Of a DNA stretch of 64,000 nt, positions 8,573-15,638 are shown piece after piece. The DNA is from an uncultured Bifidobacteriaceae bacterium (lineage in GTDB: Bacteria > Bacteroidota > Bacteroidia > UKL13-3): assembly GCA_964392775.1 (NCBI GenBank), contig CAYMRD010000011.1, positions 40,410 to 104,409 on the forward strand, written 5' to 3'. Under the pieces are notes generated by a model. It had not been told where the DNA came from, ran no database searches, and worked only from the letters and a program-made list of their open reading frames with translations. Positions within the stretch are counted from its first letter, which is position 1. Every line of letters begins with the position of its first letter. A program made the position numbers and the translations under genes.

Positions 8573-9643
8573 TTATTGTTGGATAATCACCTTGTCTGAA
8601 ACCGGCCAAGCCGTGCACAACAATACTCTTCCGCTGTTCACTTCACGGTCGGTAAGCACTTCATTGCGTTGCATATTTACTTTTCCGTCCACAAGGTTGG
8701 CCGAACAGGTAGAGCAAATACCTGTTTGGCAACTGTAAGGGTAATCAATCTTCTGTTCCTGTATCGCATTTAAAATGGTTTGGTTGGATGCTACTTGCAG
8801 GTGGTGTGTTTGTCCATTGGCCAATCGTACCTCCACCTTACAATTTTTGATTATGATTGGTGTTTCGTGGTGCAGCGTGCCATCATCTTCATCCGCTTCA
8901 TCTTCGTGCGGAACAAAGGTTTCTTTAAAGAGTTGGTTTTCGGCAAAGCCAAGGGTGAGCAATACAATGCGGCACATCAGCATATAATCGGCCGGACCGC
9001 ACATATAACAAAACGTGTGAGGTGTAACCGGTGCATATTGGGTAGCCAGCTCTTCAAGCATATCGCGGTTGAGGCGGGCCTTTAATAAGTTTTTGCTGTC
9101 GCTCCACAGGTAAATGATGCGCAACCGTTCGGGATAGTTGGTTCGCCACCTTTCCAGCTCATCATAAAACAAAGTATGTTCTTTGCCGTGATTGCTGTAT
9201 ACAAGCGTAATAGTTGTATTGGATTCAACTGTAAGAGCCGATTTAAGAATGGAGAAGACAGGAGTGATGCCGGTTCCGGCTGCCAGTAATAGTAAATTAT
9301 TGTGTTGATTGGCTGAGGTTGAATAGGTGAATACTCCTGATGGTTGAAGCACCGTCAATGAATCACCAACTTTGATTTGGTCATGTAAATACCTTGACAC
9401 TTCACCATTGTCAATGCGTTTGACCGAAATAGCCAAAGGCTCATTAAGTATGGGAGCATTGTGCAACGAATAAGCCCTGCGCACCAGGCGGGAGCCGAAA
9501 CGCAATTCGATGGAGATAAATTGTCCCGGTATCTGATGAAACCCGGCAGGTTTGCTCAGCTCAAATGTTTTAACATCATTGGGCTGGTTGATGATTCGGA
9601 TAACAGTTGCGGTATATTGCTTCATGCAGGGCGCAACATACAA
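8573..9643 (-). CDS. Ferredoxin-NADP reductase family oxidoreductase with C-terminal 2Fe-2S ferredoxin domain
   Basis: FAD-binding RAYSL motif, an NAD-binding LLLAAGTGITP motif, and a C-terminal CQTGICSTC ... C cluster. Confidence 0.7.
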   Translation of the reverse strand: MYVAPCMKQYTATVIRIINQPNDVKTFELSKPAGFHQIPGQFISIELRFGSRLVRRAYSLHNAPILNEPLAISVKRIDNGEVSRYLHDQIKVGDSLTVLQPSGVFTYSTSANQHNNLLLLAAGTGITPVFSILKSALTVESNTTITLVYSNHGKEHTLFYDELERWRTNYPERLRIIYLWSDSKNLLKARLNRDMLEELATQYAPVTPHTFCYMCGPADYMLMCRIVLLTLGFAENQLFKETFVPHEDEADEDDGTLHHETPIIIKNCKVEVRLANGQTHHLQVASNQTILNAIQEQKIDYPYSCQTGICSTCSANLVDGKVNMQRNEVLTDREVNSGRVLLCTAWPVSDKVIIQQ

Positions 9644-9736
9644 AAACCTAAGATTGTTGTCCGAGTTTTTTTATGCCTTTCGTCCTTTTTTCTTGATGCT
9701 TCGACCTAGCTCAGCATAAATTTCAAATGACAAAAA

Positions 9737-9757
9737 AATCAATCCCGGCTATCGGGA
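9737..9757 (-). terminator. Hairpin (cccgatagccggg) followed by a T-run on the minus strand, 3' of gpx
   Basis: atcccggctatcgggat at 9740-9756. The minus strand continues tgatttttttg. Confidence 0.5.
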
Positions 9758-10252
9758 TTACAGCAACTCTTCAATGGCTTTGCAAACTCTGTCGGAGGTA
9801 GGTTTGGTAAACGGGAAGAAATAATCAACTACTTCGCCTTTACGGTTAATGAGGTATTTGTGGAAGTTCCAGCGGGGAGTGCTGTTGAGTTTCCCATTGA
9901 GTTTTTTGCTGGCTAAAAACTGAAACAGGGGATGTGCATTTGCACCTTTGATGGTCACTTTTTCAAAAACAGGAAAGGTGGTTCGGAACTGCGACTCGCA
10001 AAATTCTTCCAATTCTTTTCCTGTGAGGGGTTCCTGCTTACCAAAATCGTTTGAGGGGAACGCCAATACCGAAAACCCCTGGTCGCGGTAGGTACGGTAC
10101 AAGGTTTCCAATTGGGCATATTGAGGTGTAAATCCACATTCGGAAGCAGTGTTCACAATCAGCAAAACCTTATCTTTAAAGGTGCTGATGGGAACTGTCT
10201 GGCCTTCAATGTGAATAGCTTCGAACGAATAGATATTGGGTACTTTTTTCAT
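9758..10252 (-). CDS. gpx: Glutathione peroxidase (Cys type)
   Basis: VLLIVNTASECGFTPQY and FPSNDFGKQEP motifs. Start trimmed to MKKVPNIY at 10252. Confidence 0.85.
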   Translation of the reverse strand: MKKVPNIYSFEAIHIEGQTVPISTFKDKVLLIVNTASECGFTPQYAQLETLYRTYRDQGFSVLAFPSNDFGKQEPLTGKELEEFCESQFRTTFPVFEKVTIKGANAHPLFQFLASKKLNGKLNSTPRWNFHKYLINRKGEVVDYFFPFTKPTSDRVCKAIEELL

Positions 10253-10296
10253 GATTGTATATCCTGCAAACATTCTGAAAATCAAATGGTTTTAAA

Positions 10297-10575
10297 ATGA
10301 GAATTGTCACCCGGAATTCAGTTTTTTATTACAGATTTGCAGCCATGGAAATGTTCGTTATTTATCCGGTGTTTTTGGGTATGTCGGTAGCCGTGGCAGA
10401 GCTTGCCCGGCAACGCGGGTATTCAGGTCGCTGGTGGTTTTTGATCTCCACATTATTGCCCATAATATCCATCTTTATCTTGTTTATGCTGAAGAAAAAA
10501 GAACGTAAACCGGGCAAAACACCGAAATGGGCTGAACAACGCCCGGTGAATGATACGGTGATTTACAGGAAATAA
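10297..10575 (+). CDS. Small hypothetical membrane protein (2 TM)
   Basis: 92-aa ORF with two hydrophobic helices and a Lys-rich tail. Start uncertain; an alternative is 10345. Confidence 0.35.
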   Translation: MRIVTRNSVFYYRFAAMEMFVIYPVFLGMSVAVAELARQRGYSGRWWFLISTLLPIISIFILFMLKKKERKPGKTPKWAEQRPVNDTVIYRK

Positions 10576-10647
10576 GGAGAATCGCCACAGATTTAGCAAA
10601 GATTAATGAGGTATGGCGTACAGTTACGTTCCTGTATTCATTACTGT

Positions 10648-10790
10648 AACCCCAGCTAATCCCACAGGGATTGTATGTTGGTAAGAGGCTGCGTCTGCAA
10701 CGTCCTGCTAACCCCGTAGGGGTTGTATATCGGTAAACAGATGACCATACTCCCGGCCGGCCCCGTAGGGGCCGCACATCGGTGGCATTG
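10648..10790 (+). repeat. Three tandem degenerate ~50-nt repeats, each with a GC hairpin (cccacaggg / ccccgtagggg / ggccccgtaggggcc) followed by ttgtatRtYggtaa
   Basis: Direct reading. The copies start near 10656, 10707 and 10757. Confidence 0.7.
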
Positions 10791-10906
10791 ATTTTTATTG
10801 CACATTGTTTGTTTTAAACGTTATGCCCGCGTGAGCGATTGCAGCGGAAATCCTTTTGCGTTGGGCTTGCAGGTAAGGAGCAAAAGATTTGAGCGAAAAG
10901 CGCGAC

Positions 10907-10972
10907 CCTGCAAGGATGTGCCACTACTTTGCCTTTTGATTAACCGAAATGCTGCTGCACATCCTTGCAGGG
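10907..10972 (+). other. Perfect 16-bp inverted repeat (ccctgcaaggatgtgc / gcacatccttgcaggg) with a 35-nt loop, 100 bp upstream of ccmC
   Basis: Arms at 10907-10922 and 10957-10972 are exact reverse complements. Confidence 0.85.
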
Positions 10973-11076
10973 ACACGCCCACTCTTAACTGTTGGTACTC
11001 TAAAAGCACTCGATATGAGGTTTTTAAATTTGCTTTCGGGTAGAGCTTCTCCCGAAATAATTCCTACATTTGCACC

Positions 11077-11736
11077 GTGATAAAATGGTGGAAATTAACA
11101 GGCGCGGTTTTGGTTTTATACGCCCTTGTTGCGGGGTTATTGCTTCCCGTTCCTGATTTAGCAATTTTACAGCAGAGCATCCGTAATTTATTTTACCATG
11201 TACCGATGTGGTTTGGGATGATTCTGTTATTGCTGGCCTCTATGGTGTATTCCATCAAACACCTCTCCTCGGGCAACCGTGAGTTTGATTTGAAAGCCAG
11301 CATCTATGCACATACCGCCATTGTATTTGGGTTGATGGGTATTGTTACCGGCATGGTTTGGGCTAAAAATACCTGGGGGGCTTACTGGACCAACGACCCT
11401 AAACTCAACGGAGCAGCTATTGGCTTGTTGATGTATATGGCCTACTCGGTATTGCGCAACAGTATTGAAGACGAAGAAAAACGTGCCCGTGTTTCGGCTG
11501 TATACAATGTATTTTGTTTCCCGGTTTTTGTGGTCCTGATTTTTATACTGCCACGCCTTACCGATTCGTTGCATCCGGGCAATGGCGGGAATCCGGGGTT
11601 TAACTCTTATGATTTGGACAGCCGTTTACGTATGGTATTTTATCCTGCCGTTTTGGGTTGGGCCCTGATGGGATTTTGGCTGGCCGATTTGCGCATCCGC
11701 CTTCGTAAACTTGAACTTAAAAAAGAAGAAGCTTAA
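11077..11736 (+). CDS. ccmC: Cytochrome c biogenesis heme exporter CcmC
   Basis: W-rich motif WAKNTWGAYWTNDPK, 6 TM, 219 aa. GTG start, the only in-frame start before TM1. Confidence 0.8.
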   Translation: MIKWWKLTGAVLVLYALVAGLLLPVPDLAILQQSIRNLFYHVPMWFGMILLLLASMVYSIKHLSSGNREFDLKASIYAHTAIVFGLMGIVTGMVWAKNTWGAYWTNDPKLNGAAIGLLMYMAYSVLRNSIEDEEKRARVSAVYNVFCFPVFVVLIFILPRLTDSLHPGNGGNPGFNSYDLDSRLRMVFYPAVLGWALMGFWLADLRIRLRKLELKKEEA

Positions 11737-11738
11737 AT

Positions 11739-11909
11739 ATGAAGAATATAACCTTAATGCTGTTGCAGCAGGTACATACCGCCCAAATGGCTGATGCAGC
11801 CCCATCGAACAAAATTGAAGTAGTGGTTGCCGTGATTGCGGTATTGTTTGTTGGGATTGTGGGTTACCTTATTGCAGTAGACCGCAGATTAAAAAAACTC
11901 GAAAAATAA
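11739..11909 (+). CDS. ccmD: CcmD-like small membrane protein (56 aa, single TM), not in the ORF track
   Basis: ATG 2 nt after the ccmC stop. Translation MKNITLMLLQQVHTAQMADAAPSNKIEVVVAVIAVLFVGIVGYLIAVDRRLKKLEK, lying between ccmC and ccmE. Confidence 0.55.
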   Translation: MKNITLMLLQQVHTAQMADAAPSNKIEVVVAVIAVLFVGIVGYLIAVDRRLKKLEK

Positions 11910-11945
11910 AAACCGTGGCCATCGGCCATTTGTTCATTTAAATAC

Positions 11946-12332
11946 ATGAAAAAGTCATCAATCATTATTATTGTTTTAATTGCCGTTGCCATTGGAGCCA
12001 TTGTGAGTTCGTATGGTGATGCCAGTACGTATGAAACCTTTTCGGTAGCAGCCGAGCACCCGGGACGAGAATACCATATTGTGGGAACACTGGATAAAAC
12101 CCGGGAGAAACATTATGATCCGCATGTGGATGCCAATCTGTTTACGTTTTACCTGACCGATGAAAGAGGTGAAACCCATAAAGTGATTTACCGCGCCCCC
12201 GAACCTCAGGACTTTGAACGCTCGGAGAAAATTGTGATCATTGGAAAGATGGAAGGCGAAACCTTCGAAGCTTCAAAGATTCTATTGAAATGCCCAAGCA
12301 AATACACCGATAACCAACAGGTGCATAGCTAA
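11946..12332 (+). CDS. ccmE: Cytochrome c maturation heme chaperone CcmE
   Basis: 128 aa with an N-terminal TM anchor plus an OB-fold domain. Position in the ccm operon fits. Confidence 0.75.
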   Translation: MKKSSIIIIVLIAVAIGAIVSSYGDASTYETFSVAAEHPGREYHIVGTLDKTREKHYDPHVDANLFTFYLTDERGETHKVIYRAPEPQDFERSEKIVIIGKMEGETFEASKILLKCPSKYTDNQQVHS

Positions 12333-12350
12333 AGGCTTAAACCCATTTAC

Positions 12351-14762
12351 ATGAACGAAATTGTTTTTGAAGGCGAGCATTTGCTGGCCGGAAATTTAGG
12401 CCATCTGGCTGTTGTTGTTTCATTTGGAACGGCTATACTTTCAACCTTAGCATACTTCTTTGCGGTACGCAACCAGCAAGACAAAAGCTGGGAAAAGCTG
12501 GCCAACAGTGCTTTTTACGTGCATACGTTTGCCGTACTTAGCATTGTGGGGATTCTGTTTTACATCATTCACCAGCATTTATTCGAGTACCATTATGCGT
12601 GGCAGCACTCTTCGCGCGAGTTGCCGGTGCAGTATATGATTTCGTGTTTTTGGGAAGGTCAGGAGGGAAGCTTCCTGCTCTGGATTTTTTGGCAGATGGT
12701 GATTGGCAATATCTTATTGCGCACCGCAGGCAACTGGAAAAATCCGGTGATGGCTGTGGTGATGCTTTCGCAAATAGCTTTAACATCAATGTTGATTGGT
12801 GTCAAAATTTTCGGATACAAATTGGGAAGCAGTCCGTTTGAGTTGCTGCGCACGGCTATGGGCAATGCACCTTTGTTTAAACGTCCTGATTACCTCTCAA
12901 AAATTACCGATGGCAACGGACTCAATCCATTGCTGCAAAACTACTGGATGGTGATTCACCCGCCTACGTTATTTTTCGGATTTGCCACAACCATTGTGCC
13001 TTTTGCGTTTGTAATTGCGGCATTGTGGAAACGCGATTATACCGGCTGGATGAAACAAGCTTTGCCCTGGGCTTTGGTGAGTGTAATGGTATTGGGAACG
13101 GGAATTATCATGGGTGGTTTTTGGGCTTATGAGAGTTTGAGCTTTGGTGGTTACTGGGCATGGGATCCGGTTGAAAATGCATCCTTGATTCCTTGGTTGA
13201 TTTTGATAGCCGGCATGCACGTATTGCTGATTTATAAACATACAGGCAACTCACTGGCAGTAGCCATGATATTATTGCTATCAACCTTTGTATTGGTATT
13301 GTACGCTACCTTCCTTACCCGCAGCGGTATTTTGGGGAACTCATCGGTGCACTCGTTTACCGATTTGGGTATGAGTGGTCAACTACTGGTGTTTTTATTT
13401 TCTTTTATTATTCTCTCCATTGCGATGCTGGTTTGGCGCTGGAAAGAGTTGCCAACATCAGCCAAAGACGAAGAGATTTATACCCGCGAATTCTGGATGT
13501 TTATCGGAAGTCTGGTATTGGTGATTTCGGCTTTCCAGATTGTATTGACCACCTCGATTCCGGTATTTAATAAAGTGCTTGGAACCAATTTGGCACCTCC
13601 TTCGGATGTGATCACGCATTACAATAAATGGCAAATGCCAATGGCTATCATTATTGCTTTGCTTACGGCTGCCGGACATATCATGAAGTATAAGAAGAAC
13701 ACGGCTGATGCCATTCGTAAGATTGGTATCTGGGCTGCTGTTTCGATGGTGCTTGCTATTGTACTTATGTTTGTGTTTAAGCTTACCAACTGGTTTTACC
13801 TTGGATTGTTATTCGCAGCCATATTTGCCATCATAGGCAATGCAAGTTTGCTCAAGCCTTTATTTACGGGAAAAGCGCAATTGGCCGGAGCTTCGGTAGC
13901 GCATATTGGTTTTGGTATTTTATTGATTGGGGTATTGGTTTCATCGGCCAATAAAAAAGTGATCTCCATCAACCAAAGCGGGGAACAACTGAACCCTGAA
14001 TTTGACAATCAGGCCAATATGGAGCATGTATTTCTCGAGAAGGGAAAAGCCCTCCGCATGGGCGATTACGAGATTGAATACAAACGTGATACTGTTGAGT
14101 GGGTGAATAATTATTATCAGGTTCACTACAAAAAGATCAATCCGCAAACCAACGAAGTGGAGTATGAGTTTGATTTATATCCGAACGCGCAGATCAACCC
14201 TAAGATGGGATTGGTAGCCAATCCCGATACCAAACATTATATCTCACATGACGTATTTACTTATGTAAGTTCTGTGCCTAAAGAAAAAAGTGCCGGCAAG
14301 TATATCAACGAAAAAACGGTTGAAATGAAAGTGGGTGATACGGTTGTAACCAATAACGGATATGCTGTATTGAAGGTGATTGACTCCAACGTAAAAGATG
14401 GCAAGGTTGATATGAGCAATATGCAATTGCTGATTTCGGCAACACTCGAAGTGCATACCCTCGATAATGTATATGAAGCCACGCCAATGTACGGGATTCA
14501 GCAAAGTCAGGTTGCGCAGTTCGAATCGGTATTGGATGAAGCACGTTTGCGTTTCCGTTTTACAGGCGTGAATCCATCCACCGGAACCATTACCATTGTG
14601 GTGGATGAAAAGGATACTTCGGGTGATTTTATCATCATGAAAGCCATTCAGTTCCCGTGGATCAATCTGGTATGGGGTGGAACCATTATTATGGTGATTG
14701 GATTTATGCTGGCCATTGCCAAAAGGTTGATGGATGTGAAAAGAAGCATTGTGAAAAGTTAA
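12351..14762 (+). CDS. ccmF: Cytochrome c-type biogenesis protein CcmF (heme lyase subunit)
   Basis: 803 aa, polytopic, with the WEGQEGSFLLWIFW tryptophan-rich motif. Confidence 0.85.
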   Translation: MNEIVFEGEHLLAGNLGHLAVVVSFGTAILSTLAYFFAVRNQQDKSWEKLANSAFYVHTFAVLSIVGILFYIIHQHLFEYHYAWQHSSRELPVQYMISCFWEGQEGSFLLWIFWQMVIGNILLRTAGNWKNPVMAVVMLSQIALTSMLIGVKIFGYKLGSSPFELLRTAMGNAPLFKRPDYLSKITDGNGLNPLLQNYWMVIHPPTLFFGFATTIVPFAFVIAALWKRDYTGWMKQALPWALVSVMVLGTGIIMGGFWAYESLSFGGYWAWDPVENASLIPWLILIAGMHVLLIYKHTGNSLAVAMILLLSTFVLVLYATFLTRSGILGNSSVHSFTDLGMSGQLLVFLFSFIILSIAMLVWRWKELPTSAKDEEIYTREFWMFIGSLVLVISAFQIVLTTSIPVFNKVLGTNLAPPSDVITHYNKWQMPMAIIIALLTAAGHIMKYKKNTADAIRKIGIWAAVSMVLAIVLMFVFKLTNWFYLGLLFAAIFAIIGNASLLKPLFTGKAQLAGASVAHIGFGILLIGVLVSSANKKVISINQSGEQLNPEFDNQANMEHVFLEKGKALRMGDYEIEYKRDTVEWVNNYYQVHYKKINPQTNEVEYEFDLYPNAQINPKMGLVANPDTKHYISHDVFTYVSSVPKEKSAGKYINEKTVEMKVGDTVVTNNGYAVLKVIDSNVKDGKVDMSNMQLLISATLEVHTLDNVYEATPMYGIQQSQVAQFESVLDEARLRFRFTGVNPSTGTITIVVDEKDTSGDFIIMKAIQFPWINLVWGGTIIMVIGFMLAIAKRLMDVKRSIVKS

Positions 14763-14911
14763 ACCGCAGCCTACACAGCGTTACACAACGACAAAGATTC
14801 TGCTTCGCAGATGTCGGTGACGGAGCCAACCGCAAAAAGGAAAGGCACAAGAACACAAGGTTTACGCAACGAAACACTGCGGTTAAAATATTGTTGACTC
14901 CAAACGGATAG

Positions 14912-15421
14912 TCATTTAAACTGCCATTCGGAGATGAACACACTGGCCATCGGTTCTTTCCAAACGATGGTGGCTGTTTTTCCTTTGGCAATATAAAGAG
15001 GTTTATCTTCTGTCCAGTCGGTTTTCCCGATTTCGAAGGCCGATACCATTACCCAGACATCTTTTTTGAGGTTGTTGGTAATGGATAATGTTACGGATGT
15101 ATGCATCACGCCACTGGCTTGTTGCGATAAATCAACAACAAAGTTGGGTTTGTGTATACTGTCGGCTTCAATACTGCGAATAGCCACAAGTTGTTTATTG
15201 CTGATAGTGGCTTCTAAAAACAATTGTTCACCTGTGTACAACTGCAATACATTATTGGCTCCTATATATGGAGTAGAGTCGAGATCCTGACCATAATAGT
15301 GTGAACTGTCAATATACATGGCTTGCATATAAGCTTCACGGTAGGGTTTGTATACCTGAGAAAATCCCTGCACAGAGGTGGTACAAAGCAGGAGGAAAAA
15401 TAAACAGCGGTGTATTTTCAT
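14912..15421 (-). CDS. Hypothetical secreted protein
   Basis: Signal peptide MKIHRCLFFLLLCTTSVQGFSQ. No recognisable motifs. Confidence 0.45.
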   Translation of the reverse strand: MKIHRCLFFLLLCTTSVQGFSQVYKPYREAYMQAMYIDSSHYYGQDLDSTPYIGANNVLQLYTGEQLFLEATISNKQLVAIRSIEADSIHKPNFVVDLSQQASGVMHTSVTLSITNNLKKDVWVMVSAFEIGKTDWTEDKPLYIAKGKTATIVWKEPMASVFISEWQFK

Positions 15422-15424
15422 GAG

Positions 15425-15619
15425 TTAGTGAAGCACTGAAGTTAATCCCCAAATGGCCAAGACAATAAGAACATACACCAAAATCGAATACGGATTTGCA
15501 AAGTTAATCGTCCACCCTAAGTTTTTGATTCGTTTGGGTGGAAAGATACGCTTGTCATTTTTGTTGAAGTAAAAAATACCCCATTTCCAGTTTGAAGGGT
15601 CTTGATGGTTATCACTCAT
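15425..15619 (-). CDS. Small hypothetical membrane protein downstream of DUF5686 gene
   Basis: MSDNHQDPSNWKWGIFYFNK...GWTINFANP with a C-terminal TM. The longer ORF (start 15697) would overlap the upstream gene. Confidence 0.3.
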   Translation of the reverse strand: MSDNHQDPSNWKWGIFYFNKNDKRIFPPKRIKNLGWTINFANPYSILVYVLIVLAIWGLTSVLH

Positions 15620-15638
15620 ATTAAAATCAAATATAGGG

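Noticed and set aside
10798-11043. 81-aa ORF in the ccmC upstream region
   Set aside because: It spans the perfect 16-bp hairpin and the repeat array and has arbitrary composition. The region is better explained as structured non-coding DNA.
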